This document shows, piece after piece, positions 37,996 to 47,016 of a DNA stretch of 64,000 nucleotides (position 1 is its first letter; the number at the start of each line of letters is the position of its first letter). Origin of the DNA: Candidatus Omnitrophota bacterium (GTDB lineage: Bacteria > Omnitrophota > Gorgyraeia > Zapsychrales > JAHFFX01). The stretch lies in contig JAHFFY010000004.1 in assembly GCA_023247705.1 (NCBI GenBank), positions 2,561 to 66,560 on the forward strand. The letters are read 5' to 3'. Position numbers and translations under genes: made by a program. The notes under the pieces are model-generated. The model searched no databases. It saw nothing but the letters and a program-made list of their open reading frames with translations, and was not told the origin of the DNA.

Positions 37996-39137
37996 AAAAA
38001 GATTATTACGAAATCCTGGGTCTTTCCAAGACCGCCACCTTACAGGATATTAAGAAAGCCTATCGGTCGTTAGCGCTGTCGCATCATCCTGACCGGGTGC
38101 CGGAAGACAAAAAAAAAGAGGCGGAAGAGAAATTTAAAGAGATCTCGGAGGCCTACGGTGTTTTGTCCGACCCACAAAAACGGTCGATGTATGACCAGTA
38201 CGGTCACGCGGGGATTGATCAGAGATATTCTACGGAAGATATCTTCAAAGGCGCTGACTTCAGCAGTGTCTTTGAAGGCGCCGGGTTAGGTGATATTTTT
38301 GGAAAAATTTTCGGTGATGCCGGATTTGATGTTTTTGGCGAAACCAGCGGGTCCAGATCTAAACGCGCACGCCGCGGCCGGGATATTCAATATGAAGTGG
38401 AGTTGTCTCTGGAAGACGCTTTTATGGGTATAAAAAAATCGATCAAGGTTCCGCGTAACGAATATTGTTCCAATTGCGAAGGCAGCGGGGCCAGCCCGGG
38501 CAGCAAACCAAAAATTTGTCCGACCTGTAAAGGACAAGGACAAGTGGTCATGGCGAGCGGATTTTTTAGAATGGCCCAAACCTGTTCGGCCTGCGGGGGC
38601 GAGGGAAAGATCATCACGGAATTTTGCCCGCAGTGTCATGGCAAGGGTATGGTCCGGGTGACGCGCAATATCGAGGTTAATTTTCCACCGGGAATCGATA
38701 ATGATTCCCAACTTAGAGTCCGGGGAGAAGGAGAGGTCGGAAGTACGAGCCGGGGAGATCTCTATATCTTTGTGCGGGTCCAGCCACATGACATCTTTCA
38801 GCGCAGCGGCAATGACCTGCAGATGCAGTTGAACATTAATTTTGTCAAGGCGGCGTTAGGCGCTGAGGTCAATGTTCCAACCCTCAATGGCGTTGTCTCT
38901 ATGAAAATTCCGGCCGGAACCCAAAGCGGTAAAATTTTCCGTCTTAGGAATAAAGGCATGCCGGATTTGCACGGAGGTTCTCCGGGAGATCAATATGTAC
39001 GGGTGATGATCCAGGTTCCCACGCGGATTTCACCGGAGCAGAAGAAATTATTGGAAGAGTTCGCGCGAATCAGTGGAGAGAAAGTTGAAGAACCCTCGGA
39101 TTCCTTTGGAGACAAGATTAAGAAAGTATTTAAATAA
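37992..39137 (+). CDS. dnaJ: Chaperone DnaJ
   Basis: J-domain HPD, G/F-rich region and four CXXCXGXG repeats. Confidence 0.98.
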   Translation: MKKDYYEILGLSKTATLQDIKKAYRSLALSHHPDRVPEDKKKEAEEKFKEISEAYGVLSDPQKRSMYDQYGHAGIDQRYSTEDIFKGADFSSVFEGAGLGDIFGKIFGDAGFDVFGETSGSRSKRARRGRDIQYEVELSLEDAFMGIKKSIKVPRNEYCSNCEGSGASPGSKPKICPTCKGQGQVVMASGFFRMAQTCSACGGEGKIITEFCPQCHGKGMVRVTRNIEVNFPPGIDNDSQLRVRGEGEVGSTSRGDLYIFVRVQPHDIFQRSGNDLQMQLNINFVKAALGAEVNVPTLNGVVSMKIPAGTQSGKIFRLRNKGMPDLHGGSPGDQYVRVMIQVPTRISPEQKKLLEEFARISGEKVEEPSDSFGDKIKKVFK

Positions 39138-39196
39138 CTATAAGTTGCCAGGTTATTGATACAGAATAAATTTGTTTTTTAGTAAAGGAGACTATT

Positions 39197-39478
39197 ATGC
39201 CAACCTATCAATATGAATGCTCCCATTGTCATCATCAGTTCGAAATCCTGCAATCGATGAACGAAAACCGTTTAAAGAAATGCCCAGAATGCGGGAAGAT
39301 TACTTTGCAGAGGTTAATCGGTACCGGAAGCGGGATCATTTTCAAAGGAAGCGGGTTTTACGAAACCGATTATAAGCAAAAAGGGTCAGATAAAGCGGCT
39401 TCGAAAGAGCTCGGACCTAAAAAAAGCCCCAGCCCGGGTGGTCATGGGTGTTCGCCCAATTGCGGGTGTACGGCTTAG
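39197..39478 (+). CDS. FmdB family zinc-ribbon protein
   Basis: MPTYQYEC..C, CPECG and FKGSGFYETDY motifs. Confidence 0.92.
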   Translation: MPTYQYECSHCHHQFEILQSMNENRLKKCPECGKITLQRLIGTGSGIIFKGSGFYETDYKQKGSDKAASKELGPKKSPSPGGHGCSPNCGCTA

Positions 39479-39487
39479 TTGCAAAAC

Positions 39488-39868
39488 ATGAAAATATTGA
39501 AATTTTGGTATCCAGTTCTAGCGTATTCTGGTATTATTTTTTGTGTTTCGAATATCCCCAATTTAAGCGCTCCGATCAATCATAATTCGCTGGATAAGAT
39601 CGCGCATTTGGTGGAATACTCGATGTTGGGCCTTTTCTGTACAAGAGCTTTATTGAATACGACAACTTTGCCCAATAAAGCCGTAGTCTGGATAGTGATT
39701 TCCCTTTGTTTTTTCTATGGAATTAGTGATGAATATCACCAATCATTCGTGGTTGGTCGTGTAGCTGAATGGGGCGATGTTGTAGCGGACACCATTGGCG
39801 GTTCTATAGGAGTGTTGATTTATCCTTTTCTTCGCAGACGATGTTTAACCTACTTTAGAAAAAAATAG
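39488..39868 (+). CDS. VanZ family membrane protein
   Basis: DKIAHLVEY, DEYHQSFVVGR and DVVAD motifs. Confidence 0.9.
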   Translation: MKILKFWYPVLAYSGIIFCVSNIPNLSAPINHNSLDKIAHLVEYSMLGLFCTRALLNTTTLPNKAVVWIVISLCFFYGISDEYHQSFVVGRVAEWGDVVADTIGGSIGVLIYPFLRRRCLTYFRKK

Positions 39869-39908
39869 AAAGGACCACTCCGTTGGATTGAGGTGGATAA
39901 AGACGAAT

Positions 39909-41177
39909 ATGACCTACATTAAACCATTTAAAGCCCTTTGCTACAACAAAGACAAAATCAATGATTTTTCCAAAGTTGTCTGCCCTCCTTATGACGTGAT
40001 TTCTCCCGAAGACCAAAATTATTATCACAGTTTGCATCCCTACAATTTTATCCATATCGATCTGGCCCAAGATAAAGAAACAGACACGAAAACGGAAAAC
40101 AAATATACCCGGGCCCAAAAAATTTACCAGGAATGGATTCAGAACGGGATTTTGGTCGAAGATGCGAAACCAACCATTTATTACTATAAGCAAGAGTATA
40201 AAATCCGCGGGCAAAAATACAGCCGGATGGGATTCATCGCCTTGATGAAGCTGGAAGAGGACGGTGATTCGAAGATCTTCCCCCATGAAAACACGCATAC
40301 CCAGGCCAAAGACGATCGTTTCCGTTTAACCAGCGCTTTAAAGGCGAATTTGAGTCCGATCTTTGTGTGTTTCTCCGACAAAAACAAGAGAGTCCAGAAA
40401 ATATTCACGCAAAAGATTTCTGTTGAAAAACCAGCGGTGGATATCGTGGATCAGGGCGGGGTCAGGCATGTCATGTGGCGGTTAGACAATCCGGATGATA
40501 TCAAGGATATCCAGGAAACCCTGAAAGACCAGCAGTTGTTTATTGCCGACGGACATCACCGCTTTGAAGTCGCTAAGGAATACCGCAACCAGATGTTGAA
40601 AGATCATGGCAAATCGAACGGCCAGGAAGCGTTTAATTACGTGATGACCTATTTCACCAATATCGACAGTTCTGATCTCATGATTTTTCCTATTCACCGG
40701 ATCATCAAGAAACTGCCTGCCAATATCGATTTCCTTGAGGAGCCGTTTCGCATCGATAAAATAAAAACCAAAGAAGATTTATTGGTCATATTGGCGAAAG
40801 CCGGAAAGAATGAACACGCCTTTGGTCTATATACGAAAGACGGGATCAAATTATTGCGGCTGAAAAACCGACTTCTGATCGATGAGGTGGTCAAGGAAGG
40901 CTCGAAGGACTATCGTCATCTGGACGCGACGATTTTAAAACATTTTGTCTTTGACCGGATCGGAGTGAAATCCGAGGATATTGTCTATTCGAAAGATCTT
41001 CTGGAAGCGACGGCTGCTGTTGATGAAGGCCGGGCAGAAGCCAGTTTTATTTTGAATGCCGTAAAGATCCAGCAATTGAAAGCCATCGCTCTAAACGGCG
41101 AGCGGATGCCCCCTAAAACAACGTACTTTTACCCGAAAGTATTATCTGGGCTCACCATCCATTGGATGGATCATTAA
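39909..41177 (+). CDS. DUF1015 family protein
   Basis: PPYDVI, PHENT, IADGHHR and MPPKTTYFYPK motifs. Confidence 0.92.
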   Translation: MTYIKPFKALCYNKDKINDFSKVVCPPYDVISPEDQNYYHSLHPYNFIHIDLAQDKETDTKTENKYTRAQKIYQEWIQNGILVEDAKPTIYYYKQEYKIRGQKYSRMGFIALMKLEEDGDSKIFPHENTHTQAKDDRFRLTSALKANLSPIFVCFSDKNKRVQKIFTQKISVEKPAVDIVDQGGVRHVMWRLDNPDDIKDIQETLKDQQLFIADGHHRFEVAKEYRNQMLKDHGKSNGQEAFNYVMTYFTNIDSSDLMIFPIHRIIKKLPANIDFLEEPFRIDKIKTKEDLLVILAKAGKNEHAFGLYTKDGIKLLRLKNRLLIDEVVKEGSKDYRHLDATILKHFVFDRIGVKSEDIVYSKDLLEATAAVDEGRAEASFILNAVKIQQLKAIALNGERMPPKTTYFYPKVLSGLTIHWMDH

Positions 41178-41196
41178 CGCATACCAAAGATTTCCC

Positions 41197-42045
41197 ATGC
41201 CTCTTTTTGGAAAAAGCAAATATACTTTAGTCAAGGTCAAGAAGAAAGATATTCCGGGCGGATTATGGTTGAAATGTCCGGGTTGCGACGGTCCTGTCTA
41301 TAATAAAACATTAGGCGATAATCTAAACATCTGTCCTAAATGTGGGCATCATTTTACGCTGACTGCTCCGGAAAGGATCGAGCAGATGGTCGATCAAGAC
41401 ACCTTTCAGGAAATGGACGAAGATTTAGCCTCGATCGATCCTTTAGGTTTTCAGGGCCCGAAAACTTATAAAGAAAAATTGGAGAGCGACCAGAAAGCGA
41501 CCGGACTCAAAGAGGCGGTGATTACGGGGACCGGCCAGTTGAACGGGCATAAAATTGTTTTGGCGGTCACGGATTCCAGATTTATTATGGGGTCGATGGG
41601 ATCGGTGGTTGGCGAGAAGATCACCCGGGCGGTTGAGTACGCGACGGAAAATAAACTGCCCGTCATCATTGTGTCCGGTTCCGGTGGGGGAGCCCGAATG
41701 TATGAAGGCGTTTATTCGTTGATGCAGATGGCGAAGACCTGTGCGGCTTTAGCCCGGCATGATGAAGCGGGATTATTGCATATTTCTGTTTTAACCAATC
41801 CAACCATGGCCGGCGTCATGGCCTCGTTCGCGGGGATCGGCGATGTGATTATCGCGGAACCAAAGGCTTTGATCGGATTCACCGGACCGCGCATTATCGA
41901 GCAGACGATCCGGCAAAAACTCCCAGCTGGATTCCAGACATCGGAATTTTTGTTAGCGCATGGTTTAATTGATATGATTGTGCACCGTAAAAGTTTGAAA
42001 GACACGATTGCCAAAATTATCGATTACTCAACTGGAGTTGCATAG
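41197..42045 (+). CDS. accD: Acetyl-CoA carboxylase carboxyltransferase beta subunit
   Basis: C4 zinc finger; GSMGSVVGEK, GGARMYEG and SLMQMAK motifs. Confidence 0.96.
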   Translation: MPLFGKSKYTLVKVKKKDIPGGLWLKCPGCDGPVYNKTLGDNLNICPKCGHHFTLTAPERIEQMVDQDTFQEMDEDLASIDPLGFQGPKTYKEKLESDQKATGLKEAVITGTGQLNGHKIVLAVTDSRFIMGSMGSVVGEKITRAVEYATENKLPVIIVSGSGGGARMYEGVYSLMQMAKTCAALARHDEAGLLHISVLTNPTMAGVMASFAGIGDVIIAEPKALIGFTGPRIIEQTIRQKLPAGFQTSEFLLAHGLIDMIVHRKSLKDTIAKIIDYSTGVA

Positions 42046-42277
42046 ATTTTCGATTGCATGTTGTGGATGTTTTGAATAGAATAAAATGTAAAATTATGTT
42101 CCTTCGCAAAAGAATAGGAACAGCAGTGTTTGTTTCACAGCAATTATTCTGCTTGGAGAATATTGCTGCTAAGCAACACTGGAAAGTTCTATAGCTTTTT
42201 CGAAACAGAATAATTGGCGATGAATTGAAGTTGATTGGTTTTGCGGTTAATCCAGCAGGACATAAAAAGGACATAGA

Positions 42278-43381
42278 ATGGCACAAGTCAGTCTCAAGGA
42301 TGTCAGCAAGATTCGTGAAGGGGGTGTACGAACGGTCGACCGGATTAATCTGGGGGTAGAGAACAAAGAATTTTTGGTCATGGTCGGCCCCTCGGGCTGC
42401 GGGAAATCAACGACCCTGAAGATGATCGCGGGCCTGGAAACGGTTTCGGAAGGAAAGATCTGGCTGGGGGACCGGATGGTCAACGATGTTCCGGCGAAGG
42501 ACCGTAATATCGCGATGGTCTTTCAAAACTACGCGCTTTATCCCCACATGACGGTCTTTGAAAATATGGCCTTCGGATTGAAATTGCGTCATTATGCCAA
42601 AGACGAAATTATCCGTCGAGTGAATGAAGCGGCGGATATTCTGGGGATCAAACGCTTTTTAGAACGGCGTCCTAAAGATCTCTCGGGCGGGGAACGTCAG
42701 CGTGTGGCTTTAGGCCGGGCGATTGTCCGTAAACCGATGGTTTTTCTTTTTGATGAACCGTTAAGTAACCTTGACGCCAAAATGCGCGACAAGATGCGCC
42801 ATGAGATCCATCTGTTACGTTTAAGATTGCAGACGACATTTATTTATGTGACCCATGATCAGATCGAAGCGATGACCCTGGGCGACCGCATTGCGGTCAT
42901 GAAAGACGGAAGACTGCAGCAATGCGCCGACCCGATTACCATTTATGATAAACCGGCCAACAAATTTGTCGCTAGTTTTATCGGATCGCCGACGATGAAT
43001 TTTATGCGCGGAAGAATCATCAAGAAGGAACGGAAATATTATTTCGATGAAGGACGATTCCAGGTCAAGTTAGTTGATGAAATGTTTAAAAGCATCACGC
43101 CTTACGAAGGCAAAGAGGTGATTTTCGGAATCAGGGCGGAAAATATTTATGACAAATTGTTCGTTTCTCAATCTTCGCCGGAGAACACGATTCAGGCGGT
43201 CTGCGAAGTCGTTGAACCGCTGGGATCAGCCGTTCATCTCTATTTGAATTCTGGAAAACATAAATTTATCGCGCGGGTCGGTGGGCATAATCGACCGGAG
43301 GTTAATCGGGATATGGATATCGTTCTTGATATGAGTAAAGTGCATTTCTTTGATATCGAGAGCGAAAACACAATTATTTAA
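42278..43381 (+). CDS. MalK/UgpC/MsmX-type sugar ABC ATP-binding protein
   Basis: GPSGCGKS, VFQNYALYPH, LSGGERQR and DEPLSNLDAK motifs; TOBE-like C-terminus. Confidence 0.95.
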   Translation: MAQVSLKDVSKIREGGVRTVDRINLGVENKEFLVMVGPSGCGKSTTLKMIAGLETVSEGKIWLGDRMVNDVPAKDRNIAMVFQNYALYPHMTVFENMAFGLKLRHYAKDEIIRRVNEAADILGIKRFLERRPKDLSGGERQRVALGRAIVRKPMVFLFDEPLSNLDAKMRDKMRHEIHLLRLRLQTTFIYVTHDQIEAMTLGDRIAVMKDGRLQQCADPITIYDKPANKFVASFIGSPTMNFMRGRIIKKERKYYFDEGRFQVKLVDEMFKSITPYEGKEVIFGIRAENIYDKLFVSQSSPENTIQAVCEVVEPLGSAVHLYLNSGKHKFIARVGGHNRPEVNRDMDIVLDMSKVHFFDIESENTII

Positions 43382-43474
43382 TTTTTCTTAATTTTTTTTA
43401 TTTATCCTATTATTACTTCTATCTTTCACTCTCAGTTCCAATCAATTCCTTTCTTTTTTCTTGCCTTCGTTGTT

Positions 43475-44692
43475 TTGACTGTTTTTATTTCGATCCTGTT
43501 CACCTACACTTATCTGATCAGAAAATATCTGGAATTTAACTTCAAGAAACAAAATTATCTTGAGCGTATATCCGATCTCCAACGCGATATCGCGGATGAG
43601 CTAGCCAGACTCAAACTTCTCAATAAGAAAATATCGCGGTATCTCCAGTTGGAGGGCTTTATTGATGATTTGAAACGATGCGACTCCATTGCGGATATTT
43701 CCAATCTTTTATCACAAAAGGTCGAGCAGATTTTTAAGGATCAAGAAACAAAAACGGCCTTTTATATTTTTCATTCCAAAAGCGGAGAGTTAGGGATATC
43801 GTTTTTGGAAAAGGATCATATGCAGATCAAGGTGAGGTCTAAAAAGGGCGATGCGTTTGATCAATGGATCATTAAAACCATGCAATCTTTGTTTATTGCC
43901 GACACCAAACAGGACGCCCGCTTTATTCAACTTTTTTCGGCCAAGCAAAATTTGTTGACGGGAACAGGAAAAGAAAAATCCGATCATGCTAACGATGACG
44001 GTGAGTATTCCACTGATTCCCTGCGCTCTCTCATTGCCGCTCCTTTGGTCGTGGGAGATCGGGCGATAGGTATTGTCAGGGTGGATGGTCCCCAGACTAA
44101 TCATTTTACTTTTGATGATTTGGAACTTTTATCTAGGTTAGCTGGATTGGGAGCCATGGCCATCGAGAACGCGCAATTATCCGAGCAGACGGAAGAGATG
44201 GCCATCACCGACACCTTGACCGGTCTTTATCTAAGAAAATATCTGATGGACCGTCTGGCGGAAGAAATCAAACTAGCCATCCAGGCAAAAAATGATTTAT
44301 CTTTTCTGATGATCGATTTGGATCATTTCAAAATGTATAACGATCAATTCGGTCATATGGCGGGTGATTTGGTATTAAGGACGGTGGCCATGATTTTGGC
44401 GGATACCTTCAATGATCCAGGAGATTTGGTCTGCCGTTACGGAGGAGAAGAATTTTGCGCCTTCTTTCCGCATTGTTCCAAACAGAAAGCGGTTGAAAAA
44501 GCGCAAATTTTTCGCAAAAGGATCGAAAAACAGACGATTGTTTTGCGTCGGGAAAAAACGCATGTGACCGTTTCCATCGGGGTCGCAACCTTGCCTCAAG
44601 ACGCTTATACCAGCGAGAAATTAATCGATATGGCCGATCAGGCGATGTATCGCGCCAAGAAAGAAGGCAGAAATAGAGTATGTCCCTTTTAA
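43475..44692 (+). CDS. GAF-GGDEF diguanylate cyclase (N-terminus probably extends upstream)
   Basis: TM, GAF-like region, DTLTGL, DLDHFK and RYGGEEF motifs. Confidence 0.92.
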   Translation: MTVFISILFTYTYLIRKYLEFNFKKQNYLERISDLQRDIADELARLKLLNKKISRYLQLEGFIDDLKRCDSIADISNLLSQKVEQIFKDQETKTAFYIFHSKSGELGISFLEKDHMQIKVRSKKGDAFDQWIIKTMQSLFIADTKQDARFIQLFSAKQNLLTGTGKEKSDHANDDGEYSTDSLRSLIAAPLVVGDRAIGIVRVDGPQTNHFTFDDLELLSRLAGLGAMAIENAQLSEQTEEMAITDTLTGLYLRKYLMDRLAEEIKLAIQAKNDLSFLMIDLDHFKMYNDQFGHMAGDLVLRTVAMILADTFNDPGDLVCRYGGEEFCAFFPHCSKQKAVEKAQIFRKRIEKQTIVLRREKTHVTVSIGVATLPQDAYTSEKLIDMADQAMYRAKKEGRNRVCPF

Positions 44693-45690
44693 TTGTTGTG
44701 AGCGGCACATTTATTTTTATTTTGTTATTGGGAAAATTTTCCGCATCGGTCAGCCGAAAATTTCATGCTGATTTTTTGAATCTGGAGGCAGAATTTAATG
44801 AATTGTCTTTGAGAAAAAAAGATCTTTTGTCCCAGCGGGATCATCTGGAAAAACAGTTTGAAAGCATCCGTGCGCTTTACGCGATGACGGAAGAATTAAC
44901 GCAGAACATTAACCGGCAGGAAGCGTTCTATATCATGAAATCCAATCTACGCGACAATATGTATCTGGACGATTATCAATGGACGGATGTTTTGGCTCCC
45001 GAAGTCATTCAAGAGGATAAAGAAGAAGAATCTTGTATTATCGAATTAGGCGCCAAGCCGGAGAACAAAGGGTTTCTTGTGTTCCGCAAAATCTCTCCGG
45101 AGGCCCGAAAAAAAATAAAAATTTTGGGGGAACAGCTGGCGTTGGCGATGAAACGCTTTGACCTTTCTGACGAATTGGAAAAGATTTCGATCACGGATAG
45201 TTTGACGGGACTTTATAGCCGACGGTATTTTTCGGAGCGTTTTGAGGAAGAATTAATGCGTGCGAAGTTAAAGAAAATACACCTGTCGTTTGCGATGATC
45301 GATGTGGATCATTTCAAAAAATTCAATGATCAATACGGTCATCTGACCGGAGATGGAGTCTTGAAAGAAATCGGCGCGCTTATCAAAGCCACGATCCGCG
45401 AAATTGATATTGCCGGGCGGTTCGGAGGCGAGGAATTTTGTGTGGTCTTGCCGGATACGGACAGGGTGGGCGCTTTGCTGGCCGCGGAACGTATTCGCTC
45501 GGCGGTTGAGAAAAAAATTATTAAAGCCAAAGATACGATTATCAAGACAACTGTCAGTATTGGCGTGGCGACATTTCCAACCCATGCGACCAAGAGCGAC
45601 GACCTGATGGATAAAGCTGATTGGGCTCTGTATCGGGCGAAAAAAAACGGACGCAACGCTATTTGCGCATTTGGATTATATACCATTTAA
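44680..45690 (+). CDS. Membrane-anchored GGDEF diguanylate cyclase
   Basis: N-terminal TM, coiled coil, DSLTGL, RxxD I-site (REID) and RFGGEEF motifs. Confidence 0.93.
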   Translation: MSLLIVVSGTFIFILLLGKFSASVSRKFHADFLNLEAEFNELSLRKKDLLSQRDHLEKQFESIRALYAMTEELTQNINRQEAFYIMKSNLRDNMYLDDYQWTDVLAPEVIQEDKEEESCIIELGAKPENKGFLVFRKISPEARKKIKILGEQLALAMKRFDLSDELEKISITDSLTGLYSRRYFSERFEEELMRAKLKKIHLSFAMIDVDHFKKFNDQYGHLTGDGVLKEIGALIKATIREIDIAGRFGGEEFCVVLPDTDRVGALLAAERIRSAVEKKIIKAKDTIIKTTVSIGVATFPTHATKSDDLMDKADWALYRAKKNGRNAICAFGLYTI

Positions 45691-46074
45691 TTTTGATTCT
45701 AATATTTTTTTATAATAGATCTTCCCTTTAAATACCCATTAGCTTAACTGTCTGAAAACTTTTGCGGAAAGAGGGTTATGGAAGAAAAGAAAAGGTCAAT
45801 AACCTTGAATCCGGTTAAGTTTTCAGGTAAAATGAAACGTTTCTTGAACCAAAACTGTTTCTCCGGACTCAGGTTATGCGTATTTTTATTGAGTTTCTTT
45901 CTATTAAACGAAATTCTAAATCTCTCGCCAGCATCGATGTCGCAAGCGAGAGATTTAGAATAGGAAAGGAAAAGCTCAATAATATAATGGTCTTCTTCCC
46001 GCGGGGGTTTATAGATCCGGTAAGGATTAAGACTTGAATTTGATGGATGACCAGAACATAAAGGGTTTAAAGAC

Positions 46075-47016
46075 GTGAAAAAAAGATTTGTTGTGGGATT
46101 AGATGTCGGCGGTACAAATATCAAATTCGGTCTCACAGATTCTGCGGGAAAGATCCTCGCGCGTTCCAATCTCACCACGTCCAGTTTTATTGCGGATAAA
46201 ACGGAATTAATCAACGCTTTCGTGGACGGTTGTCTCAATCTGATCCATCAAAATAATCTCAACAAGAAAGATATCTTAGGAATCGGGATCGGTCTGCCTG
46301 GTTTAATCGATGTTCGCAAAGGGCTGGTCAGATTTTTACCCAATATCCCGGGCTGGAAAGATATTCCCCTCAAAAGGATTTTAGAAAAAAAAATTCAAAT
46401 CCCTGTTTTTCTGGATAATGATGTGAACGTTATTACGTTGGGGGAATGGAAATTCGGCGCAGGTGTCGGTTTTAAAAATTTTGTTTGTATGACGCTGGGA
46501 ACCGGTGTCGGCAGCGGCTTGATTTTAAACAATGAACTTTATCGGGGCGAAGGTTTTACGGCCGGAGAATTGGGGCACGTTCCACTCAACGAAAATGGTC
46601 CCAAATGCAAGTGCGGCGGAATAGCTTGCTTGGAACGATATGTCGGCAATAAACCGCTTCAGGAAAAAGCGGCGCGGAAATTCGGGAATAAAAATATTAC
46701 CTTGGAAGAGATGGATCGGCTCGCCAAACAAGGCGATCCTCGCGCGCTTCAATTCTGGAGGGAGACGGCCCAACAGATCGGGCTGGGGCTGGTCAGTGTC
46801 GTGAATTTGTTAAACCCCAAGAGGATTATTATCGGAGGGGGCGTCTCCAAGGCGTATCAGCATCTTTTTAGAGAAATAGAAGATACGATTAGGAAACGGG
46901 CCATATCCGTGCCGGCGGCGATGGTCAAAGTCATCCGGGCCAAACTTGGTGATTCGGCCGGGATTTTGGGCACGTATGTTTTAGTCAATGAATTCATTCA
47001 TGAGCGAGTTCGCTAA
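46075..47016 (+). CDS. ROK family sugar kinase (glucokinase-like)
   Basis: GLDVGGT, LGTGVGSG, GELGH and CKCGGIACLE motifs. Confidence 0.92.
   Translation: MKKRFVVGLDVGGTNIKFGLTDSAGKILARSNLTTSSFIADKTELINAFVDGCLNLIHQNNLNKKDILGIGIGLPGLIDVRKGLVRFLPNIPGWKDIPLKRILEKKIQIPVFLDNDVNVITLGEWKFGAGVGFKNFVCMTLGTGVGSGLILNNELYRGEGFTAGELGHVPLNENGPKCKCGGIACLERYVGNKPLQEKAARKFGNKNITLEEMDRLAKQGDPRALQFWRETAQQIGLGLVSVVNLLNPKRIIIGGGVSKAYQHLFREIEDTIRKRAISVPAAMVKVIRAKLGDSAGILGTYVLVNEFIHERVR

Noticed and set aside
42046-42277. Known c-di-GMP riboswitch ahead of the GGDEF genes
   Set aside because: I could not recognise a class I or class II consensus; kept only as an unknown structured leader.
45744-46238. 164-aa minus-strand ORF
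   Set aside because: Overlaps the ROK gene in antisense, has no motifs and has an unnatural composition.
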